Positions 10,846 to 25,479 of a DNA stretch of 64,000 bases are shown one piece after another. Origin of the DNA: Cetorhinus maximus (lineage: Eukaryota). A program made the translations under genes and the position numbers. The stretch spans positions 53,196,001 to 53,260,000 of the forward strand of contig NC_135883.1 of NCBI RefSeq assembly GCF_964194155.1, in the 5' to 3' direction. The notes under the pieces were generated by a model, which saw only the letters and a list, made by a program, of their open reading frames with translations, had not been told where the DNA came from and did not search any database. Position 1 is the first letter of the stretch, and every line of letters begins with the position of its first letter.

Positions 10846-13664
10846 CAGGTGTACATATATATAGATATATATATATATTTTAAGTCTTGAACAGTTCTTT
10901 AGCAATGCTGTGTCTGAGAGATGCTATCACCAGTAATTTAGGCACTACAACCTTCAATTTTAAGATACCTTTTCATCAGATATAGGATCGGCTGTCTCTG
11001 TTAACACATTAAAAAACTACGTTAATATTTTCCTCATTAAAATTCAGGGAAAACTACTTTAGTAAACTGTTATTGGTTTATCATGGCAATTTAGCAAAAG
11101 CATTTTTTCTGTAACTTTACAGAAACAGGCATAGGCATTCATAGTACATTCCTGCAATGCCACATAGCAGTCATTATGAAATGAAGATTAGTTTGCCTAA
11201 TGAATGACACCATCTGCAAAATATACATTTTTTTTGGCATTAAACTGAAATATAAGAGTATATTGTAGCAGCAATTCAAATCTTGCCATAAATTTCCTCA
11301 TGTTGTCAGTATGTCAAGTTACAGGTCTTCAAAGCTTATTACAAACTGTAAATGAAAACATGATCAAGATGCAGTTCTGAATTTTCTAAATTTCTTCAAT
11401 CCCTTTAATTACAAAATATATTTCCTTTAATTAAAACATCTTTCTATATCTTCCCTGATTTTCCTCTTTCTTTGATCCAAGAGAAAGATGTGGCTTATTC
11501 ATCATGAGCTAAATGAATGTACTCCTCATTCTTTTACTTTTGGCTTTCTCTTCCTAAACTCCACTGTCTCTCTGTTCTTAGCCTGGATGCCAAGCGGGGG
11601 CTCACTTCTGCCATTTGGTGCCAGGGTGTGCCTTGTTTTACCATGGTTAATGGCAGAAATCTCATTGAGTGACAGAAAGTTGAGGACTCACAGCATTGGG
11701 AGTCCCAGGAACTTCCAATGTTGCTGACCACATTACAGTGACGGATTCTCAGTCCCATGGAAATCCTGATCTTTTGAAGGCTGCGACCTTGCTATACATC
11801 TCAGGCTATAATCTCTCAGGCTGTCAGAGTTACAGAGCGAGTATGTCAGAAGAGCTGTGGAATCTTGCAGAAGAAAACATTTGTAAATAGATTTGCTCGG
11901 GAGTCAAAGTGAAATATGCTTTGTACCTAATTGAAAATTGGGAATAGCTTGCAATAGAATATCCACTGAATACAATCATTGCAAACTGCATGCTGCTTTA
12001 AATAATAAAAACTTAGGAAATTCTACAGACCTATTCATGCTGAGGAGAGTAATATCATGGGAATATTAGGTATGATAAGTAATTGATGACAACACAGATA
12101 TATATTTCCGATTGGTATGCTGCACATATAAATACCTATTTAAGTAGCCAATGTCAAAAACCCAGTTTTAAGATTAATTTTTCTTTATGGAGTACTGCCT
12201 AGAATTCTCACAGAATTGGCCAGTGGGAGATAAGCAGAAAGCCCAGCGAAATGGCCCACACTATTAAAAAAGGCGAATTATCTCAGCTCCCCCAGGTTGC
12301 TGCTGATTTTCTACCAAAGTGATGGTGGGGTGATCAGGAAAGGCCCCGGGGAATTTCAGGCTCCATCCACTCAAGAGAACTCACTCTTTTTACAAGAGAA
12401 ATTCTTCAGAAATAAAGGTGCATGAATATGTAACACTCATCAACATTACAAATTATGTAACAAGTTTGGAAGTTAAATATATACATGAACTAGTATCAGG
12501 AGTAGCTATCTCTAACCTGTGAATGTTTAATCTGATTATTATGCTCGTTCTTGCACATCAGTATCTTCTGTAATTATGCAAATGCATTTGAGTTTATAAG
12601 CGAGGAATTAATTTTATTTGATCATAATAAATAATTAGCTGAAAGATAAAGCCATTTTATAACTTCTATTACATGAAAAATTGCTCAGTCATTTTCAGGA
12701 TTATAGTACAGATATTGGAGGGTGTTATCTAATCATCAAATTTAGAGAACACCTTGTATGCTGGAACATATTATTTAATTCAACTAAGATCATTGATTCT
12801 TACTGAGTTAATAACAGCTATGTCTATGTTGGTCACGTTTGGTTACAGACGCATGGCTTCTGCATATTTCATTCAAAATTCAGATTGTTTCACTGGATTG
12901 ACTATGTGTGAACTAAATAAAGAGGATCATGAAGGATTAGTGAATTAATAAATTTTCAGAATACAATGAACTCTGCCTGAAAGACCATCTGTACAGTCAG
13001 ACCACGTACGTCTGTTCCAATAATAAAATATCAGTGCCAGGGGACCATGGTTATGCTTTTTCCTACGATGGACAGGAATGATTTTATCACCATCTGTGGT
13101 AGGTAAAAACATTTTCTAACCCAACCTGAGAAATTTAACACTTAGATATCCGCTCAAGAAAAATTATAATTTGTAGATATCCATGTAAATAAGACAGCAT
13201 TTGCATATATTGAATAGACAAATTGTCCAAGGGGCAAATGTCATTTTGATTCTCTCTTGCCTTACCTTTCCTCTACTTGAAACTCCCACCCACTAAAATG
13301 TTGTTCTCTTTCTCAAGTCCAACAGCATTTTGGATATGAGAGCATGCATGTAACATATTCATTCACCTCTGCCAAAGCTGCTGCGTAAACTTGCAGTGTA
13401 AAAGTGGCCATGTTACAATCATCTCACACTAAAGAAATGTTTTACATTTATTCACAGCATAGAGGGTATAGTGTGGAAAACTGGAGGCAATTCTCACCAC
13501 ACCATATCAACATGTCGACACGTCAGCATATTTGACGCCGTGCCAAACACTACTTTCTTATTTTTGCAGATGATGAATAATATCTCTGAAGCTTGATATA
13601 ATATGACAGGACTTCAAATTGTAGGAACTGTGAAGAAGACTACAGCTATTTACATTGTTGAAAT

Positions 13665-15310
13665 TGTCATATTTTTATAATGATATAAGGGCACCAATCA
13701 CTCATAAGGAATTGGGTAAACATGTTGTGGGTTCATCGATTTAGAATAGGCACATAAGAACAACTATACAAAGGTAGAATGCTTGAAGACGTCAGCAATG
13801 GAGCTGTATGTGCTGTGTTCTGCTCATAGGCCAAAGTAAAACTAAAACTGGATCACAGGACAAATTTCCCATCGAGTGATGTCATGCTGCAGTCCCTTAA
13901 AATAGTACAGTATTCCCCTTTAATTTAAAAGATACTTTTCCCCCCTTCCAAAGAGTATAACTATTTGCAATACATGTTCACGTTTAGTTACTATTACATA
14001 AGTATATCGAACTGATGAATCTATGAGTCTCTAAAGTGTAGAGGTAATCTGCTGGTATGCTCAGATCTTGTAATGGTAACCTTGTCTGGTGATTTCTTTA
14101 ATGGCTCACAGTGATCTGTGGGGTTGTCATTCTTGGATGTTGTTCCTGGTTGAATTTGGGATCTAGCCCTCAATGCAATAGGACTGTATGGTGGCTGAGG
14201 AGCTGGAATGGATCTGATGTGTCCTTGGTTACGCCTCACCATTGCACTTTTGTATGTAATGACTTCATAAGACCTTGGTTCTGAACAATGCCGTGTCACC
14301 TCAGCTGGTTGTCACGCAGCTGAATGATAACTTGTTGCCCCAACGGTAAATTTGGCATTTCTGTACCTGCATTTTTATTGTGTACGCTGGTCATCTTCTC
14401 TTGCAGTTTTAAAAGTTGCTCTCTAGTTTTTGAGAGAGTAGAATGAGTAAATTGGCACTGGGACTGGTCTTCCAAACATGAACTCTGCTGGTGAATAGCT
14501 GCACTTAAAGGTGTTGGTCTCAGATGTGAATTTGCAATGTGTAGATCTTGCTTGGACTGTCTACATTTGAGAATTAGGGATTTCACTGTGCGAATCATTC
14601 ATTCAGCTAGGCCATTAGATCTAGGGTAATGAGGAAAAGAAGTAGTGTGATCGATATTCCATTTCTCACATATATCATGAAAAGGCTAACCGATAAGTTG
14701 TGGACCATTATCCGTAATGATCTCTCTAGGCACACCAAATAAATTGAAAATAGAACTGAGTGTGTGTGTGGCAGTTGTACTTGACGTATTGTGCAATTGT
14801 CAATGATGGGGTACTTGGTAAAGACGATGACGATGAAGTCTGTGCCATGAATATAGAAGAGGTCGGATGCGATTTTGGACCAAGGATGGGTAGGACCTTC
14901 ATATGGAATCAATGGTTCTTTGTGTTGATTTGGCATGTGCCCTTGACATGCCTCGCACTTCTTGATGATGACTTCGATATCATTATTCATACCCGGCAAT
15001 AGACAGTCTCTCTCGCAAATCCTCTCGTTCAATCCATGCCCATGTGTGTGTGATGAATATCAAGTTGCGAATATTCCAGTATGATGACCCTTTTGCCTTT
15101 AAAGATGGCTGCCTGGAAGATGTGCGAATAGGCTAAAATAGTCTCACGTGTTCGCAAACATGTTGAATTGAATCAGGCCATCCTTCAATGATGGTTTTCT
15201 ACAGTTTCTGTAGTGTGGAATCTTTCACCATTTCTTCTTGCAGCTGCAGGCACTTGCATTGCACAAAATGTACCAGATAAATTTGGAGAACATCTTTGAT
15301 GTCAACAAAG
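13665..15310 (-). mobile_element. Gypsy-like LTR retrotransposon 3' part (integrase remnant + PPT + 3' LTR ~13665-13934)
   Basis: CEACQ...EPLIP..PTHPWSKIASDLF, ITDNGPQ and YPRSNGLAE.MIRTVKSL (integrase core). A polypurine tract lies at ~13935-13949 on the minus strand. The LTR is homologous to the solo LTR at 24489-24724. Confidence 0.8.
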
Positions 15311-17550
15311 TCAAGTTGTAGATAACCATAACTTAGTTAGACTTAGGGTAATTATGGAAAAGGATAAGGTTGGAACAGGAATAAAAGTTCTATACTGGGG
15401 AAAGGCTACTTTTACTAAGATGAGATACGATTTGGCCCAAGTGGACTGGGAGCAGCTACTTGTAGATAAAACTGTGTCAGAGCAGTGGGAGGCATTCAAG
15501 GAGAAAACAGCGGAGTAAAGAGCAAATACGTTCCTGTAAAGACAAAGCAGGGGACCAAGTCCAGAGAACCCTACATGTCAAGGGGCATAAAGGTTAAGAT
15601 TAAAAAAAGAGAGAAGCTTACGGCAGATACTGAGGGCTCAATACAGCAGAGTCTCTAGAGGAGTATAAAAACTGCAGAGGGGAACTTAATAAGGAAATTA
15701 GGAAAGCTAAGAGAGTGCATGAGAAAGCATTGGTGGGTAGAGTAAAGGAAAACCCAAGGTTTTCTAAAAAATATATAAAGAGCAAGAGAATAACTAGGGA
15801 AAGAGTAGGGCCAATTAGGGACCATAGAGGTAATGTGTGTGTGGTCTCGGAAGACGTGGGTACAGTCCTAAATGAATACATTGCGTCAGTCTTCACAATA
15901 GAAAAGGACAACGTGGGTACAGACATCAGGGTGAAGGACTGTGAAATATTAGAGGAAATTAACATAGAGGGAAAGGAGGTACTAGTGAGTTTAGCAGCCT
16001 TAAAAGTGGATAAATCTGCAGGCCTGGATGAGATGTATCGCAGGCTGTTGAGGGAGACAAGGGAGCAAATATCAGGGGCCCTGGCAGTAATTTTCAAATC
16101 CTTTCTGGCCACAGGTGAGGTGCCAGAGGACTGGAGGACTGCTAACGTTGTCCCATTATTAAAAAAAGGAGGAAGGGATAGATCAGGAAATTACAGGCCA
16201 GTCAGTCTAACCTCGGTGGTGAAGAAGTTACTAGAAAGAATTCTGAGGGACAGAATATGCCTGCACTTGGAGAGACACGGATTAATCAGGGATAATCAGC
16301 ATGGATTTGTTAAGGGAAGGTCGTGTTTGACAAATTTGATCGATTTTTTTGAGGACATAACAATGAGTGTTGATGAGGGTAATGCATTTGATGTGGTCTA
16401 CATGGACTTTAGCAAGGCTTTTGATAAGGTCCCTCATGGCAGACTGGTCAAGAAAGTAAGAGCCCATGGGATTCAAGGCAAAGTGGCACATTGGATCCAA
16501 AATTGGCTGAGAGGCAGGAAGCAGTAGGTGATGGTAGGGGGATATTTCTGTGAATGGATGTCTGTTTCCAGTGGGGTTCTGCAGGGCTCAGTGCTGGTGT
16601 TGGTTTACATAAATGATTTATACTTAAACGTAGGGGGGCATGATCAAGAAGTTTGTGGATGACACAAAAATTGGTAGGGTGGTAAACAGTCAGGAGGATA
16701 GCCATAAACTACAGGAGGATATCAATGGACTGGTCAGGTGGGCAGAGCAGTGGCAAATGGAATTCAACCCAGAAAAGTGTGAGGTGGTTCACTTGGGGAG
16801 GGCCATCAAGGCAAGGGATTACACAATGAATGGTAGGACCCTGGAAAATACTGAAGATCAGAAGGACTTTGGTGTGCAAATCCACAGATCCCTGAGAGTA
16901 GCAGGGCAGGTAGAGAAGGTGGTTAAGAAGGCTTATTGGATACTTGCCTTTATTAGCTGAGGCATAAAATACAAGAGCAGAGAGGTTATGCTGGAACCAT
17001 ATAAAATGCTGGTTAGGCCACAACTGGAGTACTGCGTGCAGTTCTGGTCACCACATTATAGGGAGGATGTGATTGCACTGAAGAGGGTGCAGAGGAGATT
17101 TACCAGGATGCTGCCTGGGCTGGAGGGTATGAGCTATGAGGAAAGACTGGATAGGCTGGGGGGTTGTTTTCCTTGGAGCAGCGAAGATCGAGTGGGGACC
17201 TGATAGAGGTGTGGTAGAGATTATGAGGGCCACAGATAGGGTGGATAGGAAGGCATTTTTTCCATTAGTAGAGGGGTCGATAACCAGGGGCCATAGATTT
17301 AAGGTAAGAGGTAGAAGGCTAAGAGGGGAGCTGCGGAGACATTTTTTTACCCAGAGAGTGGTGGAAGTCTGGAACTCACTGCCTGAAAGGGTGGTTGAGT
17401 CAGAAACTCTCGTGGCATTTAAGAAGTATTTAGATATTCACTTGCATTGCCATAGCCTCCAGGGCTATGCACCAAGCACTGGAAAATGGGATTAGTGTAG
17501 TCAGATCTTTGTTGAACGGCATGGACAAGATGGGCTGAATAGCCTCCTTT
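15311..17550 (+). mobile_element. CR1 LINE, 3' ~2.2 kb of ORF2 with stops and frameshifts
   Basis: EVPEDWRTANVVPLLKKG.R..SGNYRPVSLTSVV...QHGFVKGRSCLTNLI.FFE...DVVYMDFSKAFDKVPH, KFVDDTK and LVRPQLEYCVQFWSP. Confidence 0.92.
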
Positions 17551-17709
17551 GATCTACTAGTGACATTTTCATATTTATGGCCTCTAGTTCTGAACTCTGA
17601 CAAAAGTAGAAACATCTTCTTAGCAATCACCTTCTACATTTTAAAGACCTCTATCAGGTTATCTTTCAATCTTCTCTTTTCTAGAGAAAAGAGCCCCAGC
17701 TTGTTCAAT

Positions 17710-19125
17710 GCTTCAGTGTCTGAGAAGTCACGAACGGTGCTGAACATTGTGCAATCATCAGCGGACATCCCTACTTCTGACCTTACGATTGAGGTGTACA
17801 AAATTATGAGGGGAATAGATAAAGTGGACAGGATAAAATTGTTTCCCTTGGTGGAGAATTCTAGAACCAGGGGACATAGATTCAAGATAAGTGGCAGAAG
17901 GTGTAGGGGGGACATGAGGAAGAACTTTTTTACACAGAGGGTAGTGGGTGTCTGGAATTCACTGCCCAAGTTGGTGGTAGAGGCAGAAACTCTAAACTCT
18001 TTTACAAGCACCTGGATCTGCACCTAAAGTGCTGTAAGCTGCAGGGCTATGGGCCGGGTGCAGGAAGATGGGATTAGAAAGGGCACCTGGGTGTCCTCGG
18101 GCTGGCATGGACAAGATGGGCCGAATGGCCTCCTTCTGTGCTGTAACTTTTCTATGGTTCTATGGAAGGAAGGTCATTGATGAAGCAGCTGAAGATGGCT
18201 GGGCCAAGGACACTACCCTGAGGAACTTCTGCAGTGATGCCCTGGAGCTGAGATGACGGACCTCCAACAACCACAACCATCTTCCTGTGTGCTAGGTAGG
18301 AATCCAACCAGTGGAGAGGTTTCCCCCAATTCCCATTGACTCCAGTTTTTGTTATGGCTCCTTGATTAAATGTGGCTTTGTTAAATGCGGCCTTGATGTC
18401 AAGGGTAGTCACTCTTACCTCACCTCGGGAGTTCAGCTCTTTTGTCCATGTTTGAACCAAGGCTGCAATAAGGTCAGGAGCTGAGTGGCCCTGGCGGAAC
18501 CCAAACTGGGTGTCAATGAGCAGTTAATTGTGAAACAAATGCCGCTTGATAGCACTGTTGATGACCCCTTCCATTACTTTACAGATGATCGAGAGTAGAC
18601 TGATGGTGCGGTAATTGGCCAGGTTGGATTTGTCCTGCTTTTTGTGTACAGGACATATCTGGGCAATTTTCCACGTAGTCGGTTAGATGCCAGTGTTGTA
18701 CTGGAACAGCTTGGCTAGGGGTGCAGCAAGTTCTGGAGCACAAGTCTTCAGTCCTATTGCCTGAATATTGTCAGGGCTCATAGTCTTTGCAGTATCCAGT
18801 GCCTTCAGCCATTTCTTGATATCACGTGGAGTGAATCGCATTGGTTGAATTATGGCATCTGTGATGTTGGGGACCTCCAGAGGAGACTGAGGTGGATCAT
18901 CCACTCCGCACTTCTGGCTGAGGATTGTAGCAAATGCTTCAGCCTTGTCTGTTGCATTGGTGTGTTGGGTTCCCCCATCATTGAGTTTGGGGATATTTGT
19001 GGAGCCTCCTCCTCTAGTGAGTTGTTTAATTGTCCACCACCATTCACGACTGGATGCAGCAGGACTGCAGAGCTTAGATCTGATCCATTGGTTGTGGGAC
19101 CACTTAGCTCTGTTGACATTGCTGA
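17710..19125 (-). mobile_element. Second LINE family (CR1/L2/Jockey-group RT) fragment, interrupted by CR1
   Basis: WTKELNSRGEVRVTTLDIKAAF...VPQGSVLGPAIFSCFINDLP and SSREWWWTIKQLT...KTCAPELAAPLAKLFQY. Confidence 0.8.
17788..18163 (+). mobile_element. Short CR1 3' end nested in the second LINE
   Basis: IEVYKIMRGIDKVDR...FFTQRVVGVWNSLP, with tail ttctatggttctatgg. Confidence 0.85.
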
Positions 19126-19221
19126 CACTAATAAAGAAATCATCAGTTGTATTAAGAATTTTGTAGGATAATAAATTCTGAATGAAAGTGAAGATTACTT
19201 GGGTCAGATGTGGAAGGACTC

Positions 19222-19252
<31 letters not shown>

Positions 19253-19261
19253 CGAGAGAGA
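19222..19261. repeat. (GA)n microsatellite
   Basis: gagagagagag... run, imperfect at its 3' end. Confidence 0.9.
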
Positions 19262-20557
19262 CATGCAAATGTGTAATATTACCAAATTATCGCTCAGACG
19301 CCAAGTGTTCAGGCACCGACTCAAGAATCTGATTTTTCCGACAGAGTTTTTAAACAGCAATTTCTGACCACTGAACTATTTAAAATTTTCTCAGGACTTG
19401 CTTTATCCTGGAAATTAAAAGCTTGAGTTCACTTCTGCTAGTTCTGCTGACTCTGCACTGTCGCTCCAAGGAAAAAATTAATTCAGAAGAATTGCGACTA
19501 AAGAATCAACTTAAAGACCAGAAAATGTCAGGATTTGATGCTTCTGAAACCCTAAAGCAAAGCACTGAAATGGAGAAGTCTACAGCTATTTTTTTGCTCT
19601 GGAATCTCATTTTTATATTGTGGAACAGGTTAAGCAGCAACAGGTAATCATCGTTTGAAAGTTACAATAAATGTGATTCAGTGTGCCAGAATCTTCCCAG
19701 CAGCTAGCGAAAGTCCACACAGACTTGTAAACAAGATACAGCATTGATAAGCGGTGATTTGCGTGCTCAGCTCACCCATAGCGGGAAAATAGGACGCTCT
19801 AATTTCCTTAACGCACCACTGCCAATGTTGGACTGGAGTTGGCAGTGATGTAGTGAAATAAAAGCAGCAGTAAATATGATTTAAATCTGACAAAGGAAAC
19901 ATTTCTTAAGCCAATATTAGCCTGAGCATAGTAGGGAATTCCAATGACAGCAGACAACTGGGGCAAAGCTCATGACAACTTAGAACTCCCGTTCCGAGGA
20001 AAGACTGGAGTGGTGAACTTAATTCCTTTTGAGAAAGGACAGCTGAAGGAGAATACCACCTGAGTCTTAATCCTAGGCTATTTCTTAGCCTGTTAAGGCT
20101 TTAGTAACATGTAAATATAATACATAAGACACAAGAACATAAGAAATTCAAAAATGAAAAATGACTATCCAGCTCATCACTCACTCTAATTCATCCAACC
20201 TAATATCCAATTACATTTTGAATGTGTCCCTCAGCCCTTTAGCCAGGCAGCTTATATTGTTATTATTCACTGCTTGAATAAAGCATGTGTGTATTACATT
20301 TTCTTTTCACTAGTTTAAATTTATATCCTGCTTTAAACTTGAAATAATGTTCTGCATTCAACTTATCTATACCAATTAATGCTTTGCATACCTCCTGAGC
20401 CTTTTTGGCTTCATCCTTAGCTAGTTCAACACCATTTGTGCAGTGCATGTATCATTTTCTTTAAACCTGTTTGCAACACTTAACATTTATATGCATTAAA
20501 CTTCATCTGCTATCTCCTATTTTTTTTTACAATTTACTCTCTTATTTCTGAGCCATC

Positions 20558-23232
20558 TGTAGTACAAAAGTCTGGCACATATAGGGCTAACATGGGACTG
20601 AGGACAATACCTCCTGCATAGTTTTGTAAGAGAACACATGACCGACACCTAGGGGGTCAGTCTAGTGTTGGACAGATCCATGCCTGTCCAAACATGGAGG
20701 CAGCTCCTAGTTTGAACCCTTTACTGTATACATGTACATAGTTCTTATAGTTAATAAATACATACAGTTAACCTACTTAATGCTATGAAGACTTCATTAA
20801 GACCTACTGAATGGTAACCAACACCCTACAACCTGGTGGCAGCAAATGGAAAAACCCAAAACCTCACAAAAAATGCAGAGAAAAACTAAAATCCTGCAAG
20901 ACTAAAGAAAAATTTGAAGAATCATTCTGACCTGAAGAAAAGCTCAAAAAGCAGGTGAGCAGAGGAAAATCACCAGGGAAATAATTCCAAAGAAAAGCTT
21001 GGAAGCTGGAGGCTGAAATTTAAAATTTGTCACTGCGGCAGAAGACTACAAGGGATCTCTTTGAAATCCAGGTTCAGTTCCAGAGTGCAGAGTCAGCAGA
21101 TCTAGCAGGGGTGAGCTCAAGCTTTTAAATTCCAGGGTAAAGCAAGTCCTGAGAAACTTCTAAATAGTTCAGTGGTCAAAAATTGCCATTTAAAAACTCT
21201 GTGGGAAAAATCAGATTCCCAAGTCGATGCCTGAACATGTGGTATCCAAGCTTGCTCCGAGAAGGAAAAAAAAATCAGAAGAATTGTGACTAAAGAATTA
21301 ACTTTAAAGGCCAGCAAAGATCAGGATTCATTGCTTTTGTGACCCAAAAGCATAGCACTGAAACGGAGAAGTCTGCAGCTATTTTTCCAAGGCTGAGCAC
21401 GAACGCCATTACAGTGGGAGCTCACCAAAAGTGCACAGTGCAGGTAAACCCTTTACCTTCAAATAAACAGTGGTGCCATCTTGAATTTTAGGAACTTCTT
21501 AAAGCTGAACCTACACTTTAAAAAATTTTAGCCATGGGTCAGAAATCTGCTCTTCCAGATCAATTTGGACTTATCCAAGGCCCAGATCAATCACGTAATT
21601 GGGGACTTTGGAGAAAAAGATTCTTTAGATATATGATTGCTTCAGATCTGGGTAAAAAGACAGAAGCTGAGCAAGTTAACACACTGCTTTACTCAGTAGG
21701 CCTGATAGCGGACAACATTATTGCTAGAGAAGGAATTAACAAATGATCTGCTAAATTTGAAGAATTACTAAAATCATTTTATGTTTATTTTAACCTAAGA
21801 GGTAACAAAATCCTTAAAAGGACTAAATTTAATAAATGTTTCCAGCAGCCAGGAGAACCTGTCGACTCATTCATTAATGACCCATACAGGATGGCTCAAG
21901 GCTACTAGTTTAGTGATCTAAAATTTGAATTTATCGTGGGTAGAATAGTTCTGGAGTAGCAGACAGTGCACTCTCAGACATGCTGCAAGCAAAGGAAGGT
22001 CTAACCCTCAGGAAAGCTATCCAGATTGTTAGGCAGTCTGAAATCCGTGTGCAGCACAGGTCCATTTTAAGAGGAGAAAGTAAACCATGGTACATAGGAA
22101 ACCCCACAATCCGGTTAGTTAAACAGCACAGAGAAACTTTAGGGCAAGGGAAGTGATATCCTAACTGAACAGAAAAGTGACCACGCCAGCACTGTGGAGT
22201 GAAGTACACACACACAGGTGAGATCAATGTCCTGTAACTTCAGCCCAATACTTTCAACAGAATTGGACACTGTGAAAAATTGTGCAGGGCCAAAACATTT
22301 AAACACAAAGACGACCCAGGGATGATCCATGAGGTTGAAACTGTACGCCAAGAGGATACGGAGCCATGCTTCTTGGGTGTTGTCAAGGATCCAGGATTTT
22401 TGTTTTGGAATGCGGACATTTTGGTTAATGACCATCTCACAGACTTTAAATTGGACATGGGAGCCAGTGTTATGGTGGCTGAGAAATATTTTGCTTTGAA
22501 CAACAGACATGGTACTCTTATCGGCCTGGAGGAAAAAAAACATTTCCTCATAACAGGATTGCCCATCTTCCGTCACAGAGGACATCACAATGATGCACTC
22601 GATGAAAACAACACTTGTCCACTCCCGGAAAAAATGGAATAAATCAACAATTACCCCTCTCACCGCAACTGCTGAATCGACAAAGAGCGGTTCAATACCA
22701 AAGAATGGAAAAAAAGGATGAAAAGATGTCCAGATGTCAAAACAACTGCCAAATCAACAGAGTTTACCTGCAATGACAGAGCCTACCACTCCTCCGATAA
22801 TAGTGTGAATGAGATATGGAAGGGTTACAAGGCCTCCAGGCTACCTGAACCTATAAACAAAGGCTTCAAGGGGGAGATGGGGTAGTAATAATGATATAAA
22901 TACATGGGGTAAACTAGAATAACTTGAAATTTATTGGGTAAAGACTTGGGGGAGGTGTAGTATAAGGGTCTGACATATATAGGGTTAACGTGGGGCTGAG
23001 TGCAGTACCACCCACACAGTGATGTAAGAAAACACATAACCCATACCTAGGGGTCAGTCTAGTGTTGGACAGAGCTGTGTGCACAAGAAATCATGGAGAC
23101 AGCTCCTAGCTTGAACCCTTTACTGTATATATGTACATACTTCTTGCAGTTAATAAATACATTCAGTGAACTTACTTAAGACTATAAAGACTTTGTTAAG
23201 ACCTACTGAATGGTAACTAACACCCTACAACA
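20558..23232 (+). mobile_element. Internally deleted Gypsy-like LTR retrotransposon (2.7 kb), 5-bp TSD CCATC
   Basis: LTRs 20558-~20833 and 22956-23232. PBS TGGTGGCAGC is complementary to a tRNA-Leu 3' end, and the PPT is ttgggggagg. Decayed gag (WGLWRKRFFRYMIASDL.KKTEAEQVNTLLYSVG) and protease (FKLDMGASV) are present, with no RT or integrase. CCATC at 20553-20557 and 23233-23237. Confidence 0.9.
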
Positions 23233-24488
23233 CCATCTATACCAACACCACTATCCTTCTCAGTTTGGTGTCAGTGGCAATCTGGCCACTTTGCATTGAG
23301 TTTTTGAATCCAAGCCATTGATAAAAATTTAAAATAGTAGTATTCCCATCATTGTGCCCCTAGGCATTCCACTCATTACTTCTCACCCATCGTGATGTTA
23401 CTCCTCTGTTGATTCCTATTGTTTTCTACCCTTCCATAAATTTCTTATCCACTCCCAGGGTTTACCTTGATCTATAATATAAATATTAATATATCAGATT
23501 GAGCAACTCAACTAGAATTCATAATATTTATTATGATAACCTGTAAGTGCTGGTTGAGGTTCCCACTAACAGCAAGCAAGGGGCCTATTTAATATGTAGT
23601 AGTCATAGCCTGGTTATGTTGTTGGTGCTGCAACTTAATTTTGACCCAATAGGGCAAGTCCTGTGGTCTCTGTTGCCTGACAGCAATGACAAGGCAGAGG
23701 AGGCAACCAGCCAGAAGCGATGTTTGTAAGGTTCATAAGTTTACTTGTCTTCAAATTCCTTGTGGACCAGAGTGAGCTGGAATGCTTCCCCCAGGCCTCA
23801 CAAGGAAATATCTGGCCTCCGGGGTCCTATTGTGCCTAGACTTCCATGCCTCCTACCCTCCTGATTAGGTCTCAAAACTTCTCCACTACTGACTGCTTTG
23901 GACCAATCCCATCAGTGCCCACTGCGGGCTCCTGCTTCTAATTTCTGCTTCTGCCCACTGACTAGGTAGTCAAATTACATCAATTTATTTAAATAATAGG
24001 CTATCTTTAAAATCAGCAGAGACCCCACATCTCCGGCCATGCTGGTTTCTTTACTCACTACTGAACTCCCCTTCCTCACTCTTCCTACCTCCCTACAAGT
24101 ATTGGAGCTTTTGAGTTTAACAAATAGGCTTTTATGTGAAACTTTTGTTGAATGTCTTTTGGCAGTTTAGGTACACCCTATCACAGGGCTTCCCAGAGCC
24201 TATTTTTCTGTCATTCCTCAAAGAAGTCCGTGAGATTGGTCAGGCAGATGTTACCCTTCTGAATCCAAGCTGACTGTTGTTAACTAGTTCATTGTACAGC
24301 TAATCCTCAGGTATACTCCATAAAATCATTCAACTGATTTACTTGGAATGGAAGTAAAATTGATCAATCTATGGTTATCTATGTCAGTTCTAACCTCCTT
24401 CTTAAATAGGCAGCATATTAGTCTGTTTCTATTTTATTGATATCACCCTTGTGTCCAATGACAGCGACAGCCTCATAATGGTTATCAG

Positions 24489-24724
24489 TGTTGTAATATG
24501 CCTTTAAGAGATAGCAGCATGATATCACTAGAAGGGAGGTGCGTCATACAATCCGTTATTAATTTCACTGTTGCTTTTGAGCAGAGCACACACAGTTCTG
24601 ATGCTGATGTTTTCTATCTATGTATATCTTCTCATGTGCCTAGTCTAAATAAATGAACCCACAGCAAGTTTACCCAATCTCTTATGAGCGATTGGTGCCT
24701 TTATATCATAATGATAACATAACA
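24489..24724 (+). mobile_element. Solo LTR, 5-bp TSD ATCAG
   Basis: TGTT...AACA ends and an AATAAA. ATCAG at 24484-24488 and 24725-24729. Homologous to the LTR at 13665-13934. Confidence 0.85.
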
Positions 24725-25479
24725 ATCAGTACTTCACAAATCTCCATATTCTCACCACACCCTGAGATAAATTATATCGCTCCCTTGAACATTGATTGTT
24801 TCGATCCTTTTTAGTCTATCTCGGATTTCTAACTCATCCATATTATGGATGTTGGGTTCCGCACTCCAATAATGCTACAATTGACATGGGAGAAACAACA
24901 AAATCAGACAAAATTGATCAGTCATGTGTTATCAGGTCCAATTTGTATCCAAAACATTGGGCAGAATTTCCCGTGCCGACTGGGGTTGCGCGTGTTCGGT
25001 GACGTGAGCGGACAATATGGCGAGAAGGCCAAAAATAAGTTTCACGACATCGTGAAAGCAAATTGCGATCGTCCACTTAGCCTGTTGAAGGCGTTTCCCG
25101 GCATCGGACATCGGGAACCTCATTGTAATACATCTGCATATCATTATAAGGCTAGCCCACTGGAATCATCCCCCCATGCTGAATCGTCTGCCCACACTGG
25201 CGGGAAAACAATCTGGTGCAGAACACGTCTTGACAACCGTGACGTGAAGAAGTCGGGACTTATAGCCAGGGCCTTGCTCACATCGCGGACATCTGAGGGG
25301 CAAAAGATGCTGGAGCCTGACAGCAACGAGACCCTGGAGGAACATCCATGGAATGCTGGGCGGATTCTCATGGACATGGCTCTGCTGTGAAGCAGCTCAC
25401 GGAAGTTGGAAAGTCACCGTTGAGGGTCCACTCACAATGGATGATGGTTGATGGAGTGGAGAGGAAGGTCCAGCTGTGT

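Noticed and set aside
11690-11865. Exon-like segment with a gtgagt donor on the minus strand
   Set aside because: Stops occur in all three frames from the nearest acceptor, and there is no similarity to syntrophin.
15715-16527. 270-aa ORF as a functional reverse transcriptase
   Set aside because: It is a fragment of a 5'-truncated CR1 ORF2 that stops before the catalytic FADD region.
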